From the NCBI GenBank assembly GCA_027001995.1, contig JALTLO010000202.1, positions 21,102 to 85,101 of the forward strand: a stretch of DNA of 64,000 bases. The letters are read 5' to 3'. The notes below the pieces were generated by a model. It worked only from the letters and a program-made list of their open reading frames with translations, had not been told where the DNA came from and made no database searches. How positions within the stretch are numbered: position 1 is the stretch's first letter; every line of letters begins with the position of its first letter. This stretch comes from Planctomycetota bacterium (lineage in GTDB: Bacteria > Planctomycetota > GCA-002687715 > DRQF01). The translations under genes and the position numbers were made by a program. Below, one piece after another: positions 18,949 to 28,550 of the stretch.

Positions 18949-19424
18949 GAGCTTCTTACCTCAGTGAGGACCTTGTGGTATTGTTGGCCACCGGCGGTCA
19001 AAACAATCTTGCGATTCTCCGGGTTTTCTCCTGGGAAGAACTCAATGTGAAGATATTCCTCTGGCTTCAATAGATCCTTGGCGCCACGGGGCCACTCCAA
19101 AACGGTGACACCATTTTCCTGGAATAGGAATTCCTCAAAGTCCAAGCTGTAGATGGCGTCTGGTTTTTCCAAGCGATAGAGGTCAACGTGAAAAATGGGG
19201 CAACGAGCGTCGTCGTAGTGGTGGACGAGGGTGTAGGAGGGGGACAGAACTTGCTCCTCATCACGTCCATCCAAGCCCAAGTAGACCCCCTTGGTCAAAA
19301 GAGTTTTGCCTGAACCCAATTCGCCTTCCAAGAGAAGGACACTGGGCACGTCCAGATGTTTGCCGATACGCACACCCAACTCGTGGGTGTCACTTGGGGA
19401 ATGAGATTGTAGTTCGATCCTCAT
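18936..19424 (-). CDS. tsaE: t6A37 biosynthesis ATPase TsaE
   Basis: GELGSGKT, SPSYTL, HVDLYRL, LEW; start moved to MRIELQ. Confidence 0.93.
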   Translation of the reverse strand: MRIELQSHSPSDTHELGVRIGKHLDVPSVLLLEGELGSGKTLLTKGVYLGLDGRDEEQVLSPSYTLVHHYDDARCPIFHVDLYRLEKPDAIYSLDFEEFLFQENGVTVLEWPRGAKDLLKPEEYLHIEFFPGENPENRKIVLTAGGQQYHKVLTEVRSSCSS

Positions 19425-19519
19425 GGGGAGGATTTTGTTGCCTTGGCGGGAGGGGCTCAAGGCTTTTTTCTCCCTCATTGTTCAAACATGTCGGCCCTGG
19501 AGGCAGAATTCACTTTTCT

Positions 19520-21061
19520 CTATCGTGCCGAGCCAATCTCGACAAATTTTCCACCGGTGATGCGGGCGATTTCTGCCATGAGTTGGCGGCCAACACCATT
19601 CAGCTCATAGGCAATCGTGTGAATCACAACTTGTCCATTGGAGTGGTAGCGCTCGATTTGATCGGTGATCTCTTCGAGCGCGACTAAGTAGCCCGTTGAC
19701 GGGTCTCCATCTGAGAGAAAGAAAACAGTGTCAGCGATAGGCTTCAATTTGCCGGTAAAAGTCGAGACCTTGCCGTCTTTGAAGCCGTAAATGTAACGCA
19801 GGGCGCCGAAGGTGTTAGTCTCGCCTCTTCGCCAACCTTCCTTGGTGTATTCAGAACTGCCCGTCGGAGAAGAATAGGGTTCTAACTTCTCGATCCATTT
19901 TACCGCTTCAGCGATTGATCCTGGACCCCAACGGACAGGGCTTTTCTTGAACGCCTTGATGCGGGTTTCGAAGGCGACGATGTTAAAATAGGTCTTCTTG
20001 TCTAGGGTTTTGACGATGCGAATCAACTCCTCTTTAGCTAAGTCAATTCGTCGGGCGGTGCGCCACTTTTGTGAACGTCCTTTGCGGTTCTTCACTTTAT
20101 AGCGCATGACGTTAGCCATGCTTGCTGAGACATCGACAATGAAAGAGATGTGTTTCGATCTGGTTTTGATCTCATGAAAAGAAGGCGTGTCGTCTAAGCC
20201 GTACTTCTTCGCATCTGCGGAATTGTCAATGACTTCATCTGGGACCTTCCATCTCCTCTTGACCCTCTCCCACCAGTTGATCCAAGTCGTTGGGTTGTGG
20301 CTGAACTGGCGATTGGTGATTTTCATCAGGCAATCGCGACAGTCCGTTTGGAGGCGACCTTGAGCGCTTGAAAAGAAATCGAGGACGAAGGGAATTGATT
20401 CTTTCGATCGCAGCTGACCAAGGGCTTGCAAGGCGCTGGTTTGAACTTCTCGTTTACTGTGTTGGAGAAGACCCCAGATTGGTTTGGCAAACTTGGGGTC
20501 TTCAGTGGCACCAGCCATATAGATGGCAGCACAGATGACACCCTGTTTCTTATGGGTGTAATATTGTTCGACGAAAGCCATGGCTTTTTTCGAGTGAGTC
20601 CGGGCCAGGGCGCGGAAAGCGGCAATGAGGACCAAGGGTTTCTTTTCGTCTTGGATCAATGCAACGATGGCATCTTCGTTCTTTTCATCCTCCATCCGCC
20701 CAATGGCTCGGACGCATCCTTCCCGAACATGGGGGTTCTTGCTGTTGAATCCGACGGTTGTGATGAGGGCAATAGCTTGCGGATCTTCCTTGGTGGCCAA
20801 GGCCCAAGTGGCGCGGGCTCGAACCCGGAGCGCCTTGTCGGTCAGCCCCTTCTCGATGATGAGGCGTGCGGACTCCACCCCGTCAATATGCTCGAGGAAT
20901 CCTACCTGAGCAGTTCTTTCCCCTACATCTTTTGACTTGATGTATTTGCTGAAATCTTTCAATTGCTCTTGTTGTTGAGCAGTTAAGGAAGACGATTCTT
21001 GAGCGCAAATTGAACTCAGGAGCAAGCAGGTAGAAAAAATCAGAGCTCGTAGGGCTGGCAT
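19520..21061 (-). CDS. Secreted HEAT-repeat protein with C-terminal VWA domain
   Basis: Signal peptide, HEAT repeats, MIDAS DVSAS...T...LSDG, LMAEIARITGGKFV terminus. Confidence 0.85.
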   Translation of the reverse strand: MPALRALIFSTCLLLSSICAQESSSLTAQQQEQLKDFSKYIKSKDVGERTAQVGFLEHIDGVESARLIIEKGLTDKALRVRARATWALATKEDPQAIALITTVGFNSKNPHVREGCVRAIGRMEDEKNEDAIVALIQDEKKPLVLIAAFRALARTHSKKAMAFVEQYYTHKKQGVICAAIYMAGATEDPKFAKPIWGLLQHSKREVQTSALQALGQLRSKESIPFVLDFFSSAQGRLQTDCRDCLMKITNRQFSHNPTTWINWWERVKRRWKVPDEVIDNSADAKKYGLDDTPSFHEIKTRSKHISFIVDVSASMANVMRYKVKNRKGRSQKWRTARRIDLAKEELIRIVKTLDKKTYFNIVAFETRIKAFKKSPVRWGPGSIAEAVKWIEKLEPYSSPTGSSEYTKEGWRRGETNTFGALRYIYGFKDGKVSTFTGKLKPIADTVFFLSDGDPSTGYLVALEEITDQIERYHSNGQVVIHTIAYELNGVGRQLMAEIARITGGKFVEIGSAR

Positions 21062-21155
21062 TCACATTCTCCAATAGGGAACAAGAGTATAGTGAATTCC
21101 TATGTCATGGCAGGCATGGCAACCACATTTTCCAGAACTTCGGAGGATTGTGCGT

Positions 21156-23234
21156 TCAAGTGCGGAGGACACAGCTTCCATACAAGCTGTCGATAGCATT
21201 GAGCAGAGTTTCTGGGCGGACCGGTTTGCGCAGGCATTTCCTGATGTTCCAACGATCTCTTTCTTCTTGACTTACACTGATTCCCGTGGGCAACAAGAGG
21301 ATGAGGTTGGGGAGGAGATCATGTTCTTGGCCAACAATGGACCTAAGAAATTCATCTAAATCCAAGTGCTTTCGGCTCAGGTCGATGATGACATCGAAAG
21401 ATTGCTCTGTGCTTGTGACCTGAGTCTTGTCCAGTTGAGAAACAGTCTCGATGGTTGCACCCCAAGAGCTGAGCTGCTGAGAAAGCAAGGAGTTTATGGC
21501 TTCGGTGTCTGTCCATAAACTGATGTGCCGTGAGGCCAGCCGGCTTGCCAATTTCGGTGCTCGGATTCGCCGTTCTGTCTTGAAGCGGATGGAAGCCCAG
21601 AAAGTGCTTCCTCTTTCTAATTCACTGCTGACACCAACTTCGCCATCCATGAGTTCGATGAGACGCTTGGCAATCGTCAAGCCCAATCCTGTGCCGCCGA
21701 AATTTCTCGTGACGGAAGAATCCGATTGGGTAAAAGCGGTGAAGAGGCCTCGGAGCTTCTCTGCTGGGATTCCGATTCCCTCATCGTGGACGGACATCTT
21801 AATTAAGCACGATTCTTCGTCTTGCTCCAATGTTTCCAGCCGCAAGTCGATTTTTCCTTGTGAGGTAAATTTCACTGCATTGGAAATGAAGTTGCAAAGA
21901 ATTTGCCGGACACGGCTTGGATCGCCCAATACCTGAAAGGGGAGATCTTGACTGGGATGAACCAAGAGATCGATGTTCTTTTCGTGGGCTTTGGCGGCTG
22001 AAAGTTCCACGGCGTCGAAAGCGATCTCGGTGAGGTCGAAGGGCACGGTTTCCAGGTCAACCTGACGGGCTTCAATCTTGGAGAAGTCAAGGATGTCGTT
22101 AATGACATTGAGGAGAGCATCGCCACTGATCTCGATAGTATTGACGTAATCTCTTTGTTCGTCGTCAAGGGAGGTCTCTCGAAGTAAATCGGCCATACCA
22201 AGGACACCGTTGAGGGGCGTTCTGATTTCATGGCTCATGTTAGCCAAGAACTCTCCCTTGGCTTGGTTTGCATCAACAGCTCGAGCTTGGGCAACAGTGA
22301 GGGATTCGTTCAACCTCTCTAAGTGCTCTGTTTTTTCTTCGACTCGAAGTCTTAGGGTTTCGTTCTGTTGTTGAATCGCTGCCTTTTGGCTCTTGAGTTT
22401 GAACCCCATGTCAGTCAGGGACCAAGCCAAGAGACCAATGATGTCATGGGCATCGTCTGTAGGGACCCAATCTGAGTCAATGTCGGCGGAGAGCTCGTCC
22501 ATTGATTTCGACAGATTCTTGAGGCGTTTACTAACCAAGATCCTAAAACTCAGGATTAGTACCAGGGATGTGATGAGGAATGTGGCAAGAGCAGCGACAG
22601 CGAAGCCCAAGTTGGATTCTGCCTGCATGGCCCGAAGAGACTCGGTGGGAGCGGTCACCACTAGCATGCTGGTAACGTCGCCGATTTGCCAACCGAAACC
22701 TTTGGTGTTGCCGTAGTGTGATAGCAAACTCTCTGGCGCATCCTTTGGATTGCCGTGGCACTGCAAACAGCTTTCTTCAACCACAATGGGTGTGGCGACG
22801 AAGAACTGTTCTTGGCCGTCTCTTTCCCGAAGGCCACTCTTCGATTTGATCTCAGGGGAGGCGGCGAAGGCCGATAGCATGAGTAACTCGTCTTCGCTCG
22901 CTTGGTTCTTGGGGTTGAGGGGGTTTCTTGTGGGCTGGCGGTAAGTGTAACCCGGTCTTCGTTTGCTGAGGGCATCAAAGATGTGACCGGTGACAAATGT
23001 ACTTGACTGACCTTCCATCACAAATTCGTCGGTGAGTTCTTTGAGCCGCGGTCGGAGGGTTGTCGTCACGTACGCCCGAGATGATTCGCCGAAACTTGAC
23101 AACAAGTTGGCTTCATCTTCGAGCTTTTGCAGCAGTTGTGCATCTTGCCGTTGGGAGATGACATAGAGGCTAATGCCAATGCCAGTTCCCAAAACGGTCA
23201 GAGCAATGAGCGCAAATTTGTATGTGAGCTTCAT
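21156..23234 (-). CDS. Hybrid sensor histidine kinase with periplasmic c-type heme (DUF3365/Tll0287-like) domain
   Basis: Two TM segments flanking a domain with PLNPKN and [21 protein letters not shown]-box; [19 protein letters not shown]; degenerate C-terminal receiver. Confidence 0.9.
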   Translation of the reverse strand: MKLTYKFALIALTVLGTGIGISLYVISQRQDAQLLQKLEDEANLLSSFGESSRAYVTTTLRPRLKELTDEFVMEGQSSTFVTGHIFDALSKRRPGYTYRQPTRNPLNPKNQASEDELLMLSAFAASPEIKSKSGLRERDGQEQFFVATPIVVEESCLQCHGNPKDAPESLLSHYGNTKGFGWQIGDVTSMLVVTAPTESLRAMQAESNLGFAVAALATFLITSLVLILSFRILVSKRLKNLSKSMDELSADIDSDWVPTDDAHDIIGLLAWSLTDMGFKLKSQKAAIQQQNETLRLRVEEKTEHLERLNESLTVAQARAVDANQAKGEFLANMSHEIRTPLNGVLGMADLLRETSLDDEQRDYVNTIEISGDALLNVINDILDFSKIEARQVDLETVPFDLTEIAFDAVELSAAKAHEKNIDLLVHPSQDLPFQVLGDPSRVRQILCNFISNAVKFTSQGKIDLRLETLEQDEESCLIKMSVHDEGIGIPAEKLRGLFTAFTQSDSSVTRNFGGTGLGLTIAKRLIELMDGEVGVSSELERGSTFWASIRFKTERRIRAPKLASRLASRHISLWTDTEAINSLLSQQLSSWGATIETVSQLDKTQVTSTEQSFDVIIDLSRKHLDLDEFLRSIVGQEHDLLPNLILLLPTGISVSQEERDRWNIRKCLRKPVRPETLLNAIDSLYGSCVLRT

Positions 23235-23352
23235 GTACCTATTTTCGGAGAGATGCACGGTCAATCTGAAAAGTAAGGTCTGGGGGTATTCACCTACGAA
23301 TGCGAAGGCACCGTTTATTTTTTGGGTTTTCAGTCATGTTTGCCCTCTGGGA

Positions 23353-24345
23353 CTAAGGTTGAATTTTCTCTAAGAGATCTTCTAACACCCGGTCCGTAGT
23401 CATGCCTTCAGCCTCCCCTTCGAAATTCAGAATGAGGCGATGACGGAGACTGGGAATTGCAGAACGGCGTATGTCATCGAAGGCGACATTCTGACGACCA
23501 TCCATGAGGGCTCGAACTTTTGCTGTCAGGATCATGGATTGGCCGCCTCGGGGGCTGGCACCGAAACGAACAAATTTGCGGACGTTGTCTGTGGCTTTGG
23601 GGCTTTCCGGGTGGGTAGCCATGATGAGAGATGCGACGAATTCATGGACAGCATCAGCCACCAAAATTTCTCGGGCTAAGGCGCGCATGTCCAAGATGCG
23701 TTTGCCGTTGAGGACGGGGGTTAGCGAGGCTTCTTCGTTGGTGGTTGTGCGGCTGAAAATCGCTACGAGTGTTTCTTGACTCGGAAAATCTACCGACAGT
23801 TTGAATAGGAAACGATCAAGCTGGGCTTCTGGCAGGGGGTAAGTGCCTTCCATTTCAATGGGGTTTTGGGTGGCCAAGACAAAGAAAGGTTGGGGCAATT
23901 GATGTTGGACACCGCTGACGGTGCATGTGGCCTCTTGCATGGATTCCAATAGTGCACTTTGGGTCTTGGGGGTGGCTCGATTGATTTCATCTGCCAGAAC
24001 GATGCTGGCGAAGATGGGCCCTTTTTGAAACTTAAAATTGCGGGTGCCAGATTCGTCCTCAACAACAATGTTGGTCCCCGTGATGTCTGCGGGCATGAGG
24101 TCTGGGGTAAACTGGACTCGGGAGAAGGGGAGGTCAACGGCCTGGGCCAAAGTCTTGACCAAGAGGGTTTTTCCCAATCCGGGTACACCTTCCAAGAGGA
24201 TGTGACCGCCGGCAAAAACCCCCACAATGACATCTTCCACCAAGTTGTCTTGGCCCACGATCATTTTGCCGATTTCAGTTTTCAGAGCGGCAACGTCCTG
24301 GTGAAAGGATTCGATTTGGGCGGCGATCTCGTTTGTGTCTGTCAT
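23353..24345 (-). CDS. MoxR family AAA+ ATPase
   Basis: EGVPGLGKT, QFTPDLMPAD, LADEINRA, ATQNPIEMEGTYPLPEAQLDRF, GASPR. Confidence 0.95.
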   Translation of the reverse strand: MTDTNEIAAQIESFHQDVAALKTEIGKMIVGQDNLVEDVIVGVFAGGHILLEGVPGLGKTLLVKTLAQAVDLPFSRVQFTPDLMPADITGTNIVVEDESGTRNFKFQKGPIFASIVLADEINRATPKTQSALLESMQEATCTVSGVQHQLPQPFFVLATQNPIEMEGTYPLPEAQLDRFLFKLSVDFPSQETLVAIFSRTTTNEEASLTPVLNGKRILDMRALAREILVADAVHEFVASLIMATHPESPKATDNVRKFVRFGASPRGGQSMILTAKVRALMDGRQNVAFDDIRRSAIPSLRHRLILNFEGEAEGMTTDRVLEDLLEKIQP

Positions 24346-24380
24346 GGGTTTTCCTTCTTGGACTCAGTCTAAGCCCTAAT

Positions 24381-25781
24381 CTAACCTCTTCCTGAGAAAT
24401 CCTCTACTGGTAGAAGTTGTTGGCGGACTGCTCCCGCCAAATACACTGAGCCAGTGACGACGAGTAGATCGATATGGGCCAGATCCTCGGTGACAATCTG
24501 TCGCCAATCATCGAGAGGAATGACGGGGGGGGCATCGTTCCAAGTCCGACCCAATCTCTCAGCCAGTTGATGGCGCGGCATGGCGCGAGGAGATTCGGGT
24601 TCAACAACGAAGACCAAGTCAAAGAGCCCTTTCAAAGGCGGGAAACAGTTTTCCACGTCTTTGTCCCTTAGAAGTCCAACGAGAAGGGCTCGCTTTTGGT
24701 TCGGGAATTCTTCTGTGAGACTGACAGCAAGAGCCTCCATGCTCCGGGGGGTGTGAGCCGAGTCGAGAAGCAGGGGGAAGGGAAATTGCCATGATCCACT
24801 GTTGGCCGGAAAATGCTCCACTCTGGCAGGCAGCGTGATCTGGCCCAGGGCTAAGCGAGCGAGATCGGCATTGAAATTGAATACGCCTTGTGCTGCTGTG
24901 GTGATGCAAGCTGCTAAAGCCAAAGCAGCATTGCGGATTTGGTGAGTGCCCAAGAGCTTGAGACGAATGTCCGTCAGTTCATGGCCTTGGAAGGCAAAGT
25001 CAAAAATCTGAAAAAGGCCATCCTTCTTGATGTTTGTTATTTGGATCTCTTCCTCCAGCCAAGAAACTGGGGCAGCACGTTGTTTGGCGATCTTTTCTAT
25101 GGTTTCCCCTGCGGCAGAATTATGGCAATGCCCACAGACGACCGGGCGCCCCTCCTTGATGATGCCGGCTTTCTCTCCAGCGATTTGCGCTTCCGTATGG
25201 CCCAGGACGCGGGTGTGTTCTAAGTCGATCATGGTGATGATGCTCACCCGCGGGTTGACGATATTGGTGGCATCCAATCTGCCCCCCAATCCCGTCTCGA
25301 TGATGGCTAAGTCAATGCCGGCTTCGGCGAATGCTAGAAAAGCCATCAGGGTGATAGACTCGAAAAAGGAGGGGAGTTTCTCTGGCTTAGATCGCAGGAC
25401 GGTGACAAGAGGTTTGAGTTTGTCCACCAGTCGAGAAAATTCTCGGGGGGAAACGTCCCTACCTGAAATAGCAATGCGCTCAGTGGGGCTAATGAGGTGA
25501 GGGGAGAGGAAGCGGCCCGTCTTGACCCCATGCTGCAAAAGGATGGATTCTACAATGAGTGTTGTTGACCCTTTCCCCTTGGACCCGGCGATGTGGATGC
25601 TGGGGAAGGCGTCTTGAGGGTTATCCAAATGTGTCGCTAGGTCCCACATGCGCCCCAAGTCCAGGCTATCTCTTTTGAGTGAGTCAGCATTTTTCTGCTC
25701 ATAGTCGGTGAATTCGCTTAGAAAGGCCAAAGCTCTCGCCAAATGATTATGATGTTGAGATGACTTGTCGTCGCTATTCAT
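24381..25781 (-). CDS. folC: Folylpolyglutamate synthase/dihydrofolate synthase
   Basis: HIAGSKGKGS, SPHL, ETGLGGRLDATN, EKAGIIK, LDSAH, TGSVYLAG. Confidence 0.93.
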   Translation of the reverse strand: MNSDDKSSQHHNHLARALAFLSEFTDYEQKNADSLKRDSLDLGRMWDLATHLDNPQDAFPSIHIAGSKGKGSTTLIVESILLQHGVKTGRFLSPHLISPTERIAISGRDVSPREFSRLVDKLKPLVTVLRSKPEKLPSFFESITLMAFLAFAEAGIDLAIIETGLGGRLDATNIVNPRVSIITMIDLEHTRVLGHTEAQIAGEKAGIIKEGRPVVCGHCHNSAAGETIEKIAKQRAAPVSWLEEEIQITNIKKDGLFQIFDFAFQGHELTDIRLKLLGTHQIRNAALALAACITTAAQGVFNFNADLARLALGQITLPARVEHFPANSGSWQFPFPLLLDSAHTPRSMEALAVSLTEEFPNQKRALLVGLLRDKDVENCFPPLKGLFDLVFVVEPESPRAMPRHQLAERLGRTWNDAPPVIPLDDWRQIVTEDLAHIDLLVVTGSVYLAGAVRQQLLPVEDFSGRG

Positions 25782-25903
25782 TGATCCACTGTCCTTCGGG
25801 GATACAATCCTTAAGCCGATAGATGTGCCGATTTGAACCGTTCGGCGATTCGACCGTTTGAAAGGTAAGTTCGCAAGACTGACGACCCAAGAGAAGAGAT
25901 CTT

Positions 25904-27343
25904 ATGAGACCTATGTTTCAAAGCGGGATGACAACGACAAAAAATGGCCTGGGGCCATTCTTGTTCATGGGAATTATTCTGGCTGTCATGGTGGCTGGGC
26001 TGATATTTACCACCAATGTGGCGGAAGAGACGGATCAAGAGGTGGAGCGCCAAGAGAAGGGGAAGATCAGCTCTGAAATCACCTTCATTCGGACAGACTT
26101 TGATCCTAAAGTCGAAACCTGGGGCCCCATAAACGACACAACACTTCAGGGACAGCAGGATATTCCGGTTGAAGCATTCAAGAAAGCCGCAGATGTTGTG
26201 GCGTTGCGGCCATGGAATCGCATGTTTGCCGCAGGCAATGTGGTGGACAAGGAGGTCCAAGGGTTCGCGACTTTGGACGTGGAAAAGGCCTTTGCTGACC
26301 CAGACTCCATCCGCGGTTTACCGGTGGAGGTCTTAGGGCGCTTGGAAACATTGGAGCCCTTTGATCTTTTTGACGCATACACCCACAAACTTCCTGACGG
26401 ACGTTACAAAGTGCAGCAGGGGTCTTTGCGTTGCCGCAAAGGAAAACACAAAAGTGCTGCCTTTGTGCACTTCACCTTATTAGACGAAAGGGATGAAGAT
26501 GCCCCTATTTTGGTTCCTGGGGCCGAAGTGAAATTACAAGGGATATTCTTCAAGCTTCAGAGGTATGACACGGAGAAGGGTGTTGAAACCGGCATTTGGA
26601 TTTTGGCCAAACGCATCCACCAGAGCTATAAGTTGCCGCAGGGTGACGAAATAGACCTGCGAACACTCTATGGGGTCCATGATGCGGTGACCGCTGTTGA
26701 TGCTGAACGAGATCCTTTGGAAGAACGGGCCCTCTACCATCTCCTCGGGTGGACCTACGAAGGCCACAAGCCCAAACCAGAGAACGTGCTGAAGATGAAG
26801 GGGAAGGAGCTGCGGCGTCTTCTCAATGAGCCTGAGCGCTACCGGGGCAAGACTATTGAGTTTGCCGCCCGAATTATGCGGGTGGACCATCATGCTATGA
26901 AAACCTGGTTCCCGGAGCATGATGAAGAAGACAACCCGGTCAATGAATTCTGGATTACCTACATCACACCAGATGACAATATCCCCATGACTGTCTTGTG
27001 GTTAAAGGAGCCCCCCAAGAATCTCAAGAAACGTGATCAAGTCCGGATGAAAGCGACTTTTTACCGTGTTTGGGGCTTCAAGTCTCAGAAAGGCCGCGCT
27101 AAGTCACCATTTTTGGTGGGGTTAGGGGAGATGGAAGTCTTTTCGGTGGAGCAAGAGACTGGTTTGGATGATCCTCTCACCTTGGGCTTGATTGTCTTCT
27201 CTGTCCTGGTTCTGATCCTCGTTATCGTGGTGCTTCGGTTCGACCGCCGCCGCGCCGCAGTCTTTGCGGACACAATGAAGGCCAAGAAGCAAATGCACCG
27301 TAAGAGCCGTATATTGGGCTCCAAGGGCCATTCGAAAGAATAA
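25904..27343 (+). CDS. Hypothetical membrane protein with N- and C-terminal TM helices and two related extracytoplasmic domains
   Basis: 479 aa; hydrophobic segments at both ends; internal repeat PDSIRGLPVEVLGRL / PERYRGKTIEFAARI. Confidence 0.75.
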   Translation: MRPMFQSGMTTTKNGLGPFLFMGIILAVMVAGLIFTTNVAEETDQEVERQEKGKISSEITFIRTDFDPKVETWGPINDTTLQGQQDIPVEAFKKAADVVALRPWNRMFAAGNVVDKEVQGFATLDVEKAFADPDSIRGLPVEVLGRLETLEPFDLFDAYTHKLPDGRYKVQQGSLRCRKGKHKSAAFVHFTLLDERDEDAPILVPGAEVKLQGIFFKLQRYDTEKGVETGIWILAKRIHQSYKLPQGDEIDLRTLYGVHDAVTAVDAERDPLEERALYHLLGWTYEGHKPKPENVLKMKGKELRRLLNEPERYRGKTIEFAARIMRVDHHAMKTWFPEHDEEDNPVNEFWITYITPDDNIPMTVLWLKEPPKNLKKRDQVRMKATFYRVWGFKSQKGRAKSPFLVGLGEMEVFSVEQETGLDDPLTLGLIVFSVLVLILVIVVLRFDRRRAAVFADTMKAKKQMHRKSRILGSKGHSKE

Positions 27344-27422
27344 TTGGAGTCGAATTGCCGGGATAAAAGGGGGATCCAAGGGGGAAATTGCAAGAAATAT
27401 ATCTTTTTCTATATAATTCGTA

Positions 27423-27449
27423 TAAAGCGAACCCTTTCTCTCCCGATAA
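27423..27449 (+). promoter_or_regulatory. Sigma-28 (FliA) promoter of flagellin
   Basis: TAAA (27423-27426), exactly 15 nt, then CCCGATAA (27442-27449), versus consensus TAAA-N15-GCCGATAA; AT-rich tract upstream. Confidence 0.85.
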
Positions 27450-27455
27450 GTGCGG

Positions 27456-27577
27456 TGGAGTTCAGCTTGTCAGCGAAAGGAAACTTTCAACGGCTGCTGT
27501 CAGGACGGTGAACCTTTCCCGAGGTGAGTCGGCCGCCCCAGCGGGGCTGTGGTTTTTTGAATTGAGAGAGGTATCTG
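27456..27577 (+). promoter_or_regulatory. Structured 5' leader of flagellin (candidate attenuator/riboswitch with GGA motifs)
   Basis: GAAAG-GAAA-CTTTC tetraloop hairpin inside a GTTCA/TGAAC-closed fold; GCCCC-AGC-GGGGC hairpin followed by T6 before the SD. Confidence 0.45.
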
Positions 27578-28399
27578 ATGGGACTGAGAATCAATAGCAA
27601 CATCTTTTCGCTGAATGCGCAAAGGAACTTGAAGAACAGCACCAACAAGCTTGGGAAGTCCTTCCAAAGACTTTCAACTGGTCTCCGCATCAATAGTGCA
27701 TCTGACGATGCTGCGGGGCTGGCCATTTCGGAGCGCTTGCGCTCCCAAGTTCGTTCGCTGGAGCAAGCTGGACGAAATGCCAACGATGGTATTTCCTTGG
27801 TACAGACGGGTGAAGGAGCCCTTGATGAGACCAGTGCAAACCTCGTGCGTCTGCGCGAGCTGGCCGTTCAAGCATCGAACGGCACGCTGTCTACTACCGA
27901 CAAGACAACACTGAACGATGAGTTCACCGCCATTGTGAACGAGATCGACCGGACTGCGAACAGCACGTCGTTCAATAACGTGAACTTGTTGAGTTCGGCC
28001 AGTAACACAATCACCATTCAGGTGGGCTCTGGCACAACTTCTGGAACAGACACGATCGATATCACTTTTGGATCGTCAACAGCTTCCTCTTTGGGCTTGT
28101 CTACTTTGGACATTAGCTCCGCAGCTTCTACGGCGATCACCGCCATTGACACCGCTATCAATAGTGTGGCCAGTCTTCGTGGTGATTTGGGCGCGGCTCA
28201 AAACCGTCTGTCTTCCAGTATTAGAAACTTGGATGTTCAAGTCGAAAACTTGAGCGCTGCTGAGTCACGTATTCGTGACGTGGATGTAGCCCGGGAATCT
28301 GCCAACTTGACCAAGAATAGTATTTTGCAACAAGCTGGTTTGAGTGTCTTGTCGCAAGCCAACTTGGCCCCACAAAGCGCGCTTTCTTTGATTCAATAG
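27578..28399 (+). CDS. fliC: Flagellin (minimal, D0/D1 only)
   Basis: LRINSN, RLSTGLRINSASDDAAGLAISE, RLRELAVQASN, RGDLGAAQNRL, SRIRDVD, QANLAPQ. Confidence 0.96.
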   Translation: MGLRINSNIFSLNAQRNLKNSTNKLGKSFQRLSTGLRINSASDDAAGLAISERLRSQVRSLEQAGRNANDGISLVQTGEGALDETSANLVRLRELAVQASNGTLSTTDKTTLNDEFTAIVNEIDRTANSTSFNNVNLLSSASNTITIQVGSGTTSGTDTIDITFGSSTASSLGLSTLDISSAASTAITAIDTAINSVASLRGDLGAAQNRLSSSIRNLDVQVENLSAAESRIRDVDVARESANLTKNSILQQAGLSVLSQANLAPQSALSLIQ

Positions 28400-28436
28400 G
28401 AAAACGCCAGCTTCGGTTGGGTTAAAACAAGTTCTT

Positions 28437-28468
28437 AAAACGCACTTCTTCGGAAGTGCGTTTTTTTT
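28437..28468 (+). terminator. Intrinsic terminator after flagellin
   Basis: AAAA-CGCACTTC-TTCG-GAAGTGCG-T8, a perfect stem with a UUCG tetraloop. Confidence 0.93.
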
Positions 28469-28550
28469 ATGGGGCTGGGACCGTCGAAACCGACGTCTTT
28501 GTCTGAAAATTCTCAGTCCACATGGGACATTGTTGACGTCCATACCTGCA

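Noticed and set aside
25815..25822. GCCGATAG as a second sigma-28 -10 box
   Set aside because: No TAAA 15 nt upstream
27456..27560. Calling the flagellin leader a canonical c-di-GMP-I or -II riboswitch
   Set aside because: Lacks the GGCAAAC...GACGCAAA and class II signature motifs by eye; reported only as an unassigned candidate
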